A DNA stretch of 63,852 nt from Calditrichota bacterium (GTDB taxonomy: Bacteria > Calditrichota > Calditrichia > Calditrichales > J004): the NCBI GenBank assembly GCA_963723365.1, contig CAVRRG010000055.1, positions 1 to 63,852 of the forward strand, written 5' to 3'. A program made the position numbers and the translations under genes. Of this stretch, positions 27,729 through 37,922 are shown one piece after another (positions within the stretch are counted from its first letter, which is position 1; each line of letters begins with the position of its first letter). Under the pieces are notes generated by a model. That model saw only the letters and a program-made list of their open reading frames with translations, did not search any database and was not told the DNA's origin.

Positions 27729-28373
27729 TTAAAACGCGAAACCGATTGAAAACTCGCCTAAAAAGGGGCCTAAAAATGTATATTCATCTTCAAATTTATT
27801 TATAGTCGATTTAACGGATGCTACATTTGGATCCCTTTCTTTATCCAGCATAGCAAAACCATAGCCTATCGAAAAAGTCATGTTGAAACCATTGTTCCAG
27901 ACCCATCTTTTCCCGGCATTCAAACCAACGGTCAGTTCGGTCATATTAAAATCAAATTTTAGTTTATCCGGGATAATATGCCCTAGATCGGTATCAGAGG
28001 TGCCATTTCCATCATAACTTCTATACCGGGCAAAGGCACCAAAAAAGAGTGATTCCATTGCGCCTGAATAATGCCAGCGGTAATTAACTGTAAAACTAAG
28101 TCCGCTCGCTTCTATCGGATCACCGGAATATTTATCCGAAATGGCCTCATAATCAATCCGGCCTACGATGCCGTGGGTCCGGTTAAACATATATTCATAA
28201 TTAACAGCATATATGCCAAAAGCTACAGCCAGCGGACACATGTTGAGGGCCTGCTTGAATTGCCTGCCGGATGTATTTAAATCTGTTATTGCATGGGTTT
28301 GCTCTTGTTGAGCCATTATATTTCCTGCGATAAAAATGCATAAAATTAATATTAATGATAAACGGTGTGTCAT
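27729..28373 (-). CDS. DUF3575-like outer-membrane protein
   Basis: Signal peptide, VNYEYMF, NYRWHY, GKRWVW, C-terminal SIGFAF. Confidence 0.65.
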   Translation of the reverse strand: MTHRLSLILILCIFIAGNIMAQQEQTHAITDLNTSGRQFKQALNMCPLAVAFGIYAVNYEYMFNRTHGIVGRIDYEAISDKYSGDPIEASGLSFTVNYRWHYSGAMESLFFGAFARYRSYDGNGTSDTDLGHIIPDKLKFDFNMTELTVGLNAGKRWVWNNGFNMTFSIGYGFAMLDKERDPNVASVKSTINKFEDEYTFLGPFLGEFSIGFAF

Positions 28374-28543
28374 TTCAGCTTCTCCAAATAATAAAAAACT
28401 GATGATAAGGGGTTTTTGTAATATAACATTCTAAACCCGCCATAACAAGCTTCCCGTTTTGTCCTTTCAGGCTGACTTTTAAACATATATCACATGCATT
28501 TTTTTTTGACTGAAAATTTTATTTGCAATTTGCAAAAACCTTT

Positions 28544-28567
28544 TGTACCATTACCACACACGGTACA
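28544..28567. promoter_or_regulatory. Putative YtrA/GntR operator
   Basis: Inverted repeat TGTACC-N12-GGTACA ending 17 nt before the GntR ATG. Confidence 0.6.
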
Positions 28568-28584
28568 TATGGGACAATGACATT

Positions 28585-28965
28585 ATGGATATACATATAG
28601 ATGTTGACAACGCAAAACCATTGTTTGCACAGCTGATAGAACAAATAAAGCAAGCTGTTATTAATGACAAAATAAGTCCGGGAGACGCCTTGCCATCGAT
28701 AAGACAGCTTGCCAACGATCTGCAGCTTAATAATAAAACAGTGGCTAAAGCTTATAATTTATTAGAGCGTGATTCTGTAATTCAAACAAAAGGCTATCGA
28801 GGTACATTTATACATCCTGATGCCAAAAAAAACTGTACCGTTGACTTAAATGAGTGGGTAATATCAAAGTTAAGTGAAACAATCGCAGCATTTAGAGAAT
28901 CTGGTGTAACAGATTCAGAAATCCGTATTGCCTTTGGCAATGTAATGAACTATCGAAATAATTAA
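28585..28965 (+). CDS. GntR family (YtrA subfamily) transcriptional regulator
   Basis: PLFAQLIEQIK...LPSIRQLANDLQLNNKTVAKAY...GTFI with short C-terminal domain. Start MDIHID. Confidence 0.92.
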   Translation: MDIHIDVDNAKPLFAQLIEQIKQAVINDKISPGDALPSIRQLANDLQLNNKTVAKAYNLLERDSVIQTKGYRGTFIHPDAKKNCTVDLNEWVISKLSETIAAFRESGVTDSEIRIAFGNVMNYRNN

Positions 28966-28975
28966 GGAGGCCAAG

Positions 28976-29839
28976 ATGCCAGACAATATTTTATTCTACG
29001 TTGTATTTTTAAGCCAGATTTTTCTTATCTCATTTTACTTTCCAAAAAAAATCCAGGGACGTGTTAAGCATGTGTTTAAAACATATCCGCCTGAGGAATA
29101 CCCAAAACTCTATCCCAAGCCTCTGGAACACTATAGGAAAGGGTTGGGCATATACCGGACGCTAAATCAAATAATACTTGGTATTGGTCTAATAGTGATG
29201 TTTTCTATTGCCTGGTGGGACTTTTCAAGAGGCGGAAATATAATACAAGAGATTCCATTCGTATACTGGATGCTGCAAATACTTCCGATATTAATAATGG
29301 AGATTTCCGGATTTGCTTATTTTAAGCTGATGAGAAAAGCAGACCAAAGAACAACACGGAAAGCAGATCTGCAGCCGCGCCGTTTGTTTGATTTTATTTC
29401 ACCTATAACTATCGGCCTGGCGGTTTTTTCGAATATTGTCTGTCTGCTGTTTTTCAATTCTTTAGAACCATTCCAGTTTAATTTCTCAAACGATACATTG
29501 ATAATATTGCTCTCGCTTTCTCTCAGCAATTTTTTATACATAATAATTATATTTTGGAACTTATATGGTAAAAAATTAGACCCACACCAGGCATCTAAAG
29601 ACAGGATACACCAAATTAAGGTCACGATTAAATCACTGGTTTATATGAGCATTGGGGCGGCAATATTTTTAATGATAACCAAAGGCATCAATGTGTTTGA
29701 TTTAGATCATTGGGAGCCAACTCTTATGAGCATATTCCTGCAGTTTACTATTTTGATTGGTTTGGGCAGTATGCTGAGAAATATCCGTATTGAAAATTTG
29801 GATTTTGAAGTTTATAAGGAAGAAGTGTCAGCTTCATAA
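28976..29839 (+). CDS. Hypothetical multi-pass membrane protein
   Basis: AAGGAGG RBS, about seven TM helices, RKADLQPRRLFDFISP and GKKLDPHQ loops. Confidence 0.8.
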   Translation: MPDNILFYVVFLSQIFLISFYFPKKIQGRVKHVFKTYPPEEYPKLYPKPLEHYRKGLGIYRTLNQIILGIGLIVMFSIAWWDFSRGGNIIQEIPFVYWMLQILPILIMEISGFAYFKLMRKADQRTTRKADLQPRRLFDFISPITIGLAVFSNIVCLLFFNSLEPFQFNFSNDTLIILLSLSLSNFLYIIIIFWNLYGKKLDPHQASKDRIHQIKVTIKSLVYMSIGAAIFLMITKGINVFDLDHWEPTLMSIFLQFTILIGLGSMLRNIRIENLDFEVYKEEVSAS

Positions 29840-30025
29840 ACAGATTCCGTTATATTGGTTGCTCCTTTTCATATTAAAAGCTATGAGGGACTAAGAAACC
29901 TTAAGCTAAAGTAAGCGATAGTTATGCAGGTTAAAAATACCTGGCATCATTGCCGATCAAGGATTCACTTTTTCGCTTTGTAATGAAGACTTTCTCTTTG
30001 CCAGTCTGTTTCAGTAAAAATCCTA

Positions 30026-31345
30026 CTATGGTTTTGCTGGTGAAATAATCAATTTGGTTTTTGGGTAATAGTGCTTAAGTATTGATATAAAGTCTCTCCC
30101 TTCCCTGGCTTGGGCGACTGCTCCGCTTTGACACATGCCAACACCGTGTCCCCAACCCGCTCCATTTAAAACAAACATACTGTCCGTTTTACTAGCAATA
30201 AAACAGGAGCTTCGCAAAGCTGGCTGCCAGAGCTGCCTGATATTTAATTCACCCTGTACATCGAAACTGTCTTTTTCAAATACAAAACGGGCAGAATAAA
30301 TCCGCCCTGATTTCCCACGTTTAAGCGCTTTTATATCAAGCACTAGACCCAGGTTTTTTCCCTGGCTTAACATTCTTGAAATAGATTCTTTCTTCTGTGT
30401 TATTTTCCAGCGAAAGTTTTTTTTACTCCAGCTAGGCAATTCTGTGTTCAGGTTTGGATTGCAGTAAACTGCGGGCTGCGAGAAAATCCAATCTTTTGCA
30501 TTTTCATTATCGCCTAAATCGAGTAACCTGCGCTCTTGCTTATCATCCGAAGCAATTCGGTATGTTTTGGGATCCGCTCGTTGCGGCCATACATTTTTTA
30601 TCAGCTCAGAATGACCACCGCAATTAGATGAATAATAGGCATTTATGGCACGATTATTTTCGCTTATTACCAGGCCAGCAGTTAATTCTACTGCTTTATC
30701 TGAATTTAGAGTTCGTTTATGATTTCCGCTGAAAACCTGACATTCCACATCGGATGTTAAATCATGATTTGGACCGCTGTATAATTCTGATTGAAGCGCA
30801 ACGACTGCTTCTGAGCGTGCTGCAACAGCCTGCACTTTTAGAGCCTCTAATGGAGAATCCCCTCCTATTTCATAAGGCACAACACCTTTCAAATATTGTT
30901 CAAGTGGCAGGTTTACGACGACTTGTATTTTATTATCCGGATTCCTGTAAAGATTAATTTCACCTTCATAAACGCGGGTTTCTTTTCCTTCCCACCACCA
31001 GCCAACGCCATAAGGCACATCAGCAATGTTTAGCGTTCCGCTGCTACTTTTTAGTATTAATTTGCCCGCAAAAGAATAAACAACCTTGTTGCATTTAAAA
31101 AAAGCCAGCTGATTATTCTCAATTTTTATCTTTAAAACGCCGTCCTTTGGAGAAAAGACTTTTTCAGATCCTAATACATGCCAATTCTCATTAAAACTAA
31201 TATTTAAACTGTCCGCATCATTAATAATCTGAACACGAATGTTTGGATCGTCGCTTAAAATGTTCTGGGCTGATAAAGGCAGGTAAATCAGAAAAAAAAA
31301 TAGCTTGTAGGCTTGTTCTAGTATGTTCAATTTAAGATTTTTCAT
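30026..31345 (-). CDS. SpoIID/LytB domain protein (lytic transglycosylase-like)
   Basis: NLPLEQYLKGVVPYE, EALKVQAVAARS, CQVF, GAGWGHGVGMCQSGA. Confidence 0.92.
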   Translation of the reverse strand: MKNLKLNILEQAYKLFFFLIYLPLSAQNILSDDPNIRVQIINDADSLNISFNENWHVLGSEKVFSPKDGVLKIKIENNQLAFFKCNKVVYSFAGKLILKSSSGTLNIADVPYGVGWWWEGKETRVYEGEINLYRNPDNKIQVVVNLPLEQYLKGVVPYEIGGDSPLEALKVQAVAARSEAVVALQSELYSGPNHDLTSDVECQVFSGNHKRTLNSDKAVELTAGLVISENNRAINAYYSSNCGGHSELIKNVWPQRADPKTYRIASDDKQERRLLDLGDNENAKDWIFSQPAVYCNPNLNTELPSWSKKNFRWKITQKKESISRMLSQGKNLGLVLDIKALKRGKSGRIYSARFVFEKDSFDVQGELNIRQLWQPALRSSCFIASKTDSMFVLNGAGWGHGVGMCQSGAVAQAREGRDFISILKHYYPKTKLIISPAKP

Positions 31346-31880
31346 ATTCTCGCTGCAAAAGACCCATTACATAAAAATCACTGTAGCGGCCGTGATGATA
31401 CATGGCCTCACGCAAAGTCCCTTCAATTGTAAAACCCACTTTCCGATAAACTTTTAAAGCTGCTTCATTTTCAACAGCTACATGAAGTTGAATACGGTTT
31501 AAATTGAGTGTTTTAAAAGCGTAGTCGATGATTAATTTTGTAGACTCTGAACCATAGCCCCTGGACCAGTTTTCCTTTGCCGCAATGCCGATGTAAAATA
31601 TGGCCATGCGCCCAATCCAGTCAATGCGCAACAAAGATGTTTGTCCTATGGGCTGATCATTCTCTTTCGCGCAAATTGTTAACAGGATAGCATTGGGATC
31701 ATTAAGTAATTTTTCTATTCTGTCTTTTTGTTGCTGATGTGTTGTCGGTAATGCATAAAAAAGGGTAGAGCGGGGATCAGGATGATTTTCCAATTGAGTA
31801 ATCATCTTCATATCAGCGGGTTTATAAGATCGCAGATAAATTTTATTACCATCGATAAATATATCGGCTTTGGCTCTCAA
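31332..31880 (-). CDS. RimJ/RimL-type GNAT N-acetyltransferase
   Basis: WSRGYGSE, LNLNRIQLHV..EN..A..VY.KVGF.IEG.LR. Confidence 0.9.
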   Translation of the reverse strand: MRAKADIFIDGNKIYLRSYKPADMKMITQLENHPDPRSTLFYALPTTHQQQKDRIEKLLNDPNAILLTICAKENDQPIGQTSLLRIDWIGRMAIFYIGIAAKENWSRGYGSESTKLIIDYAFKTLNLNRIQLHVAVENEAALKVYRKVGFTIEGTLREAMYHHGRYSDFYVMGLLQREYEKS

Positions 31881-31907
31881 TTTTAATTCCTAATCCATAC
31901 TTTTTAT

Positions 31908-33425
31908 TTAGTCAGGGTTTAGTACTTTTCCATGCAACCTATCACTAAATTGCCCTTTATTGAGCGCAATCTTGCCGTTTATAAGTACCCAGTCAAAACC
32001 TTCAGCCAACTGATGAGGGTTACCATAAGTGGCGACAGCTCTTACCTTCGCAGGATCAAAAATAGTTAAGTCGGCGTAGTTTCCGACTTTTATTTCTCCC
32101 CTGTCGCTGAGACCTAAAATAGCTGCCGGCTTACCTGTTATTTTTTTTATAGCTTCTTCAAGGGTTAGCATTTTTCTCTTAACGACAAATTCCTCGATAA
32201 ACCTGGCAAATGTGCCATGACCCCGCGGATGAAAGCCGGTTGGATTGCCGTCTGAACTTATCGCAATAAGCGGATCGATAATAAAGCGTTCCTGTAATTC
32301 TTTGTTCATAACAAAGTAGGCTCCTGAGGCACCCTCCGGGCCAATTGAGTCAATCAAAACTTGTTCAAAAGGCAATTTCATCTCTTCAGCAACCTGTTTG
32401 AGAGTTTTGCCCTGATAAGGTGCTGTCCCGAATAATGTAGCAGCAGGACCATTTCTGGAATTCACCTTATTTACAATAAATTTTTCAAGCTCCACACGCC
32501 TGGTTTTTTTAACCAGTTTAAATTGCTCTTCCGTTTTGGCCCAGTCCGGAAAAACAATGTCAATACCAGTATAACTGGCGGTATAGGGGTATACATCTGC
32601 TGTAATATTTATACCGTTCTTCCTTGCCTCGTATAATACGTTAAGGATTTCTTCAGCCCGTGCTGCCCCTTTTCCATAAACAGACTTTAAGTGGGCAATA
32701 TGCACTCTGGCGAATTGTCCCTGCCTCAGAAGTTCTTCAATAGATGAAATAATCTCATCGTTATCTTCATTGCGCATATGGCTCATTATCATCTTATCCG
32801 ATTGTCCTGTCACGCGGGCCAGAGCTAACAATTCATTTTCTTTGGCAAATAATGCCGGAGCATATTCAAGCCCGGTCGACATTCCAAAAACATAGGGTAA
32901 ATTCACATTTAAAATTTCAATCATTTGCGACAATTGTTCCTTTGTTATATCCGAAGTGTTTCCAATCCCGGCCATCTTGCGCAGTGTTCCATGGCCTATA
33001 AACATAGCAATATTTGACCCGCTGCCCTTTTGCTCTACACTATCAATCCAATGTGTCAGGTTCTCTATTTCAGGACTAAATCCGTCTTGTCCCAAAGTGA
33101 TGGTGGTTACACCCATGGCCAGGTAATTTTTAAAGGCACCTTGTGTTAACGGGTTCCCGTGGGAATGCAGATCTATAAACCCGGGTGCCACAACTTTGCC
33201 GTTGGCATTTATTGTTTTAACAGCGTCAAACTCGCTTAATGTGCTGTCAATCTCAATTATCCTGCCGTTTGCTATGTGCAGGTTGGCCTTATAGGCCATC
33301 TTACCTGTGCCATCAACAACTTTTGCATTCCTGATAATTAAATCTGTTTCTCCCTGGCAGCCAATAAATAAAAAAAGCAGCAGGAAAAGAAAAATTGTGG
33401 TGAATTGTGTTGAGATAATCTTCAT
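31908..33425 (-). CDS. N-acyl-D-amino-acid deacylase (amidohydrolase) lipoprotein
   Basis: Lipobox FIGC, PGFIDLHSH, GQDG, SHMRNE, DVYPY, SSDG, HPRGHGTF. Confidence 0.88.
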   Translation of the reverse strand: MKIISTQFTTIFLFLLLFLFIGCQGETDLIIRNAKVVDGTGKMAYKANLHIANGRIIEIDSTLSEFDAVKTINANGKVVAPGFIDLHSHGNPLTQGAFKNYLAMGVTTITLGQDGFSPEIENLTHWIDSVEQKGSGSNIAMFIGHGTLRKMAGIGNTSDITKEQLSQMIEILNVNLPYVFGMSTGLEYAPALFAKENELLALARVTGQSDKMIMSHMRNEDNDEIISSIEELLRQGQFARVHIAHLKSVYGKGAARAEEILNVLYEARKNGINITADVYPYTASYTGIDIVFPDWAKTEEQFKLVKKTRRVELEKFIVNKVNSRNGPAATLFGTAPYQGKTLKQVAEEMKLPFEQVLIDSIGPEGASGAYFVMNKELQERFIIDPLIAISSDGNPTGFHPRGHGTFARFIEEFVVKRKMLTLEEAIKKITGKPAAILGLSDRGEIKVGNYADLTIFDPAKVRAVATYGNPHQLAEGFDWVLINGKIALNKGQFSDRLHGKVLNPD

Positions 33426-33463
33426 AAAAACACCTCTATAATGTATCATTAAAAAAACTCAAT

Positions 33464-34543
33464 TTACTGAAGAAATATATCACTTATTTGATGAGCAAGC
33501 TCCAAAGTGGTTAAGCGGCCATGGGCATCCCGGTTGGTAAGTATCACCACGGTAAATTGCCGCTCAGGAATACGGTATAGAATTGTTCTGAATCCCCTGG
33601 AGCTTCCCGTATGATACTTCACTTCCATTTCATTATAAATTTCCAAACGCCAGCCAAAACCATAATCAAAAATCTCTCCCGCGTTGTTGCGTTGCCTTTC
33701 AAAAGACTGCTCCAAAAGATCCTTTGTAAGCAATGTGGACGTATATAGAACCTGGTCCCATAAATAGAGGTCATTTAAATTTGAATAGATACCGCCATCA
33801 CCAAGCACAGCGCTAAACCGACTTTGATCTGTGAATTCAATTGTCCCATCTTCTTTAATTGTATAGCCAAAAGCACGGTTTGTTACCTGGTTAATACCTT
33901 CTTCAAAGGCTAAACTATTTCCCATTCCAACAAGCAGGAAAATATTTTGCCTAATATATTCACTGTAAGACTCGCCTGAAATTTTTTCCAGAATTTGTGT
34001 GAGTACGGCGTAAGCCGAATTACTATATTTATATTTTTCACCACTGTTAAAATAAGCGCTGTCTGCGGATTTCATAAGGGCCAGAACATCGGCATCTTTT
34101 ACCTGCCTCGATTGATCTTCCGCTGCTAATTTTTCGTAGTCTTGCAGACCGGAAGTATGTTGTAATAAATCCTTGATGGAAATGCTGCGTCCATAATCCG
34201 GAAAGTCAGAAAAAATATCTGTTAATTTTGTATCAAGCGCAAGCTTTTCAGCTTCAATTAACTGTAGGATACACATGGCTGTAAACTGCTTTGAGACCGA
34301 CGCCAGGCGGAAATTAGTCTTTTCTGTAACGGGTTCTGCGGTTTCCAAATTAGCTAATCCATAACCTTTTTGAAGAATAACCTGACCTTTTTGAACGACC
34401 ATAACAGCAGCACCGGGCAAGTTACCGGCATCGAATTCAGAAAATAATTGATCTACTGAAAATGTTCTTTTATGCAATGGCAACCTTACCCCGCAACAGA
34501 CAATAAGAAAAACAAAAAATAAGACAATCCATTTATTTTGCAT
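33464..34543 (-). CDS. Serine hydrolase, beta-lactamase class C/AmpH-like
   Basis: ASVSK (SxxK), LLQHTSG, YKYSN (YxN), HTG. Confidence 0.9.
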   Translation of the reverse strand: MQNKWIVLFFVFLIVCCGVRLPLHKRTFSVDQLFSEFDAGNLPGAAVMVVQKGQVILQKGYGLANLETAEPVTEKTNFRLASVSKQFTAMCILQLIEAEKLALDTKLTDIFSDFPDYGRSISIKDLLQHTSGLQDYEKLAAEDQSRQVKDADVLALMKSADSAYFNSGEKYKYSNSAYAVLTQILEKISGESYSEYIRQNIFLLVGMGNSLAFEEGINQVTNRAFGYTIKEDGTIEFTDQSRFSAVLGDGGIYSNLNDLYLWDQVLYTSTLLTKDLLEQSFERQRNNAGEIFDYGFGWRLEIYNEMEVKYHTGSSRGFRTILYRIPERQFTVVILTNRDAHGRLTTLELAHQISDIFLQ

Positions 34544-34560
34544 TGTAATTCCTGCTTTTT

Positions 34561-35412
34561 TTAACTTGAAAGATAACCGCTGAAACAGTATTCGGCCGGT
34601 CCTGAAATCACAAGATTGGCTGTATCCCGGCAATTAACTTCAAGTTGGCCGCCCGGCATCTTTACATAGACACGTTTTGATTGAATAAGTCCTCGTTGGA
34701 TTGCAGCGAAGACAGCCGCACATGCCCCACTGCCGCAGGCCTTTGTGAGTATCCCGGGTCTTTCCCATACCTGCAGCTCAATTTTCGTATCATTGATAAC
34801 CTTGGCAAACCCAATATTAGCAGATTCGGGGAGAGAATTGCTTTTTTGAATTTCACGGCCAAGCTCAGCCATATTCAGATTATCAGTATCATCCACAAAT
34901 ATAACTACATGCGGATTGCCAATATTTACGGCAACAGCATCAATCGCGCGGCAATCAGCAGGCTGAAAATGCAAAGTATCGTCGGGACCGGATAATGGTA
35001 TCTCCTTCCAATTCGTAAATACTTCTCCCATAGCAACACTTATATCATTCCCTTTCTTTTGACACAACAGGGTACGGCCGCCAACCTCCAGCAATAACTT
35101 ATCTACAGCCGCTTCCTGCATCAACAATAAGGCCGCGCAGCGCGTCCCGTTAGCACAAGCTTGCGCTTCTTTTCCATCTGTGTTATACATTCTCACTCTG
35201 GCATAAGCTTCATGAGTTGAACCTGTACATTGCTCCACAACCATTAACTGTTCTGCCCCTACTCCTTCAGAGATATCACATATGCGGCGGATTTCATTTT
35301 CGCTTGGTCGAAATACAGAAGCTCTTCCATCCACAATTACAAAATGATTTTGTGCGCCCTGCATTTTTATAAAAGCTCTTCCATGGGGTACAATTTCATT
35401 CCAGTTTGTCAT
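34561..35412 (-). CDS. dapF: Diaminopimelate epimerase
   Basis: KMQGAQNHF, NTDG.EAQACANGTRC, NIGNPH, WERPG.LTKACGSGAC. Confidence 0.92.
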   Translation of the reverse strand: MTNWNEIVPHGRAFIKMQGAQNHFVIVDGRASVFRPSENEIRRICDISEGVGAEQLMVVEQCTGSTHEAYARVRMYNTDGKEAQACANGTRCAALLLMQEAAVDKLLLEVGGRTLLCQKKGNDISVAMGEVFTNWKEIPLSGPDDTLHFQPADCRAIDAVAVNIGNPHVVIFVDDTDNLNMAELGREIQKSNSLPESANIGFAKVINDTKIELQVWERPGILTKACGSGACAAVFAAIQRGLIQSKRVYVKMPGGQLEVNCRDTANLVISGPAEYCFSGYLSS

Positions 35413-35482
35413 GAATAAATGGGCCTTAGTTAACTATTTGGTTTGTCATAGTTTTATACTTTGATTATCCGCTAAGTGTAGC

Positions 35483-37780
35483 TTATTTAAAAACCTGTCC
35501 TTTAGTGCCGGGTTTCAATATATCCTGCAGTTCATCACGTAAAGCTTTTAAAAAACGATCACCGGGATCTGGTTTTTTTATCCGGTAGTTAGGGTCGTTT
35601 TCATGAAAAAAGATATATCCTGGATGGGCCGGGTCTTCTAGTTGCAGATATTCCTGGTGACCGATCAGGATTTCGATATCAGGATACTTTTTTTTCAGAT
35701 AACGGATTAGCCTGGCATTGGAGCGTATTTGGGCAAGGGTTAATCCGCTGTTTTCCTGCGACTCTCCACGTAGTCCCGCTTCACTAATATCAGCCAGGGC
35801 AATATTTTCAATTCCAATTGCCAGATGGTTAAGTCCAATACAATGCCGGGCAAAATAATTATCCGGCATGGTTTGATGAATAGACCCATCCTGATCAATC
35901 AGGAATTGTGCACCTACATTTGCTTTGCCCGATTTGCTGATGTAGGGCCGACCCTGCAAAGTATCCGCAGCAAACAAGCGCATGGTAGCCTCAAGAGTTG
36001 GAATTGCTGTATAATGGACAACGATCACCCGCGGGATTATCTTTTCTCCTGGCCACTCCAGGGAGCCTCTTGTTCGTTTGTAGTAACCACTATAATGGGC
36101 TTCGGCGTATTCTTTTAGAAGTTGGATCCGATTTGCAGTATACTCGATTTTGAAGGAATGATTGATCTCAGGTATCTCACTGTGGGCAATAATATTTTTA
36201 ATTGCCAAATCGCGCGCTGTAAATTCTCCTGAAATGACTGCTTTAACGGGAGCACTCTCATTACCCGTGCGATCTACCGCCGCAACAAAGATCTGTGAAG
36301 CCGGCTGCAGCATTCCTTCGTTCACGATTTCAATTTGAATATCGCTGTTTTTCAGGACAAATAATGGAATAGTTATGGAGCTTTCGTGGTGATTCAGAAT
36401 TTTGTAGTTCCAGGCATTAGCATACTTATAATAGACAATCCAATGAAAAACATCGCGGAAGTCTTCATGCGACCACTTAATCCTGAGACTGTCGTCTTTT
36501 ATCTCACTCCATGCCTCAGGAGCTTTCGGTGCTGTTTTATCCAGCCAGGTGGATTTTGGAACCAAGGCTTGACGTTTATAGGGACCTTTCAAAATTGCCC
36601 TGGCCAATTTATCATTATTTAGAAGTCCCCCAATACTCCAATGCACATTACCGGGACTTTGCGGCAGCATGCCCCGCGTAATCATAATCTGGTTAATCGT
36701 TTCATCTGCCGCTTTTTCACCCTGCAGTCTGCCAATGCTCATTCCGGGCCAGAGGTGTCTTTTTTTCTTATTCTCCTTTTCCCACCAGCCTAATAAAACA
36801 GGATAACTTTGTGGAATTTTATTTACCGTCCAATATAATTGTGGTGTGAAGTAATCAATCCATCCTTCATTCAACCACAAACGGGCATCAGCATACAGTT
36901 TATCATACTGATCGAAGCCCCGAATGGATTGCGGATGGTGGGGCCGCCAAATTCCAAAAGGACTTAAACCAAATTTGACATAAACTTTTTTTTCTTTTAT
37001 GCCTTTATATAGGCGTTTTATGAATGTATTGACACTTTCACGGCGCCAGTCATTGCGCGCTAATTCACCACCTTGTTTTACATATGCCTGCCAGCTTTTA
37101 TCATCAGGAAAATCTTCATTATTGTTATATGATGGGTATGGATAAAAATAGTCATCAAAATGGATACCATCGATATCATATCTTTTAACGATATCCAGCA
37201 CCACATTATAAGAATGGTCCTGTGTTTTTGGGTTAGCCGGATCCAGCCAGTAATATCCACTTTTTAGTTTTACTACAAGTTGTGGGTGTTTTTTTACAAT
37301 TGATGCTTCGCTAACCTCTCCACCGCTAATATGATGTGCACGATAGGGATTCAGCCAGGCATGTAATTCAATACCTCGTTTGTGGGCTTGTTCAACCCAG
37401 AATTCAAGAGGATCATAGTAAGGATCAGGCGCCTTCCCCTGCTGGCCGGTCAAATAATATGACCAGGGTTCAAGGTTACTGCTGTAAAGGGCATCACATT
37501 GCGGACGGATTTGTAGAATAGCGGCATTGAAGTTGTGTTCTACAAGCAGATTCAGCAGTATTAGTGCTTCTGCTTTTTGTTCTTGTGTTGTGAGTCCCGG
37601 TTTGCTGGGCCAGTTAATATTGGCCACAGAAGCTATCCATGCCGCCCGAAATTCTCTTTGCACGGCCGGAAATGGGGGTTTACTTTTTTTAACGGTATTT
37701 GGTTTCTGAGCAGTGCAGGTAAGGAAAAAAACAAGTATTAAACAATTCAACACACAGAGTAGAACAAAACGTGTTTGCAT
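35483..37780 (-). CDS. GHL10 (YddW/DigH-like) glycoside hydrolase fused to C-terminal Amidase_2 domain
   Basis: REFRAAWIASVANINWPS, HAWLNPYR, GIHFDDYFYP, PQLYW, then VIVVHYT, RHCIGLN..AIGIEN, IGHQEY, KPDPG. Confidence 0.88.
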   Translation of the reverse strand: MQTRFVLLCVLNCLILVFFLTCTAQKPNTVKKSKPPFPAVQREFRAAWIASVANINWPSKPGLTTQEQKAEALILLNLLVEHNFNAAILQIRPQCDALYSSNLEPWSYYLTGQQGKAPDPYYDPLEFWVEQAHKRGIELHAWLNPYRAHHISGGEVSEASIVKKHPQLVVKLKSGYYWLDPANPKTQDHSYNVVLDIVKRYDIDGIHFDDYFYPYPSYNNNEDFPDDKSWQAYVKQGGELARNDWRRESVNTFIKRLYKGIKEKKVYVKFGLSPFGIWRPHHPQSIRGFDQYDKLYADARLWLNEGWIDYFTPQLYWTVNKIPQSYPVLLGWWEKENKKKRHLWPGMSIGRLQGEKAADETINQIMITRGMLPQSPGNVHWSIGGLLNNDKLARAILKGPYKRQALVPKSTWLDKTAPKAPEAWSEIKDDSLRIKWSHEDFRDVFHWIVYYKYANAWNYKILNHHESSITIPLFVLKNSDIQIEIVNEGMLQPASQIFVAAVDRTGNESAPVKAVISGEFTARDLAIKNIIAHSEIPEINHSFKIEYTANRIQLLKEYAEAHYSGYYKRTRGSLEWPGEKIIPRVIVVHYTAIPTLEATMRLFAADTLQGRPYISKSGKANVGAQFLIDQDGSIHQTMPDNYFARHCIGLNHLAIGIENIALADISEAGLRGESQENSGLTLAQIRSNARLIRYLKKKYPDIEILIGHQEYLQLEDPAHPGYIFFHENDPNYRIKKPDPGDRFLKALRDELQDILKPGTKGQVFK

Positions 37781-37922
37781 AACAATCTCATTTAGTTGAG
37801 GTTAACAAATTTACAAACAAGATATATTTTTTGCGAATTTCAAGGAATTTCCAGCGTATTTTACAGTATTCTATTGGTCTTTAAAATTATTGGAGAAAAG
37901 GTAAAAATGTAGATAATATTTA

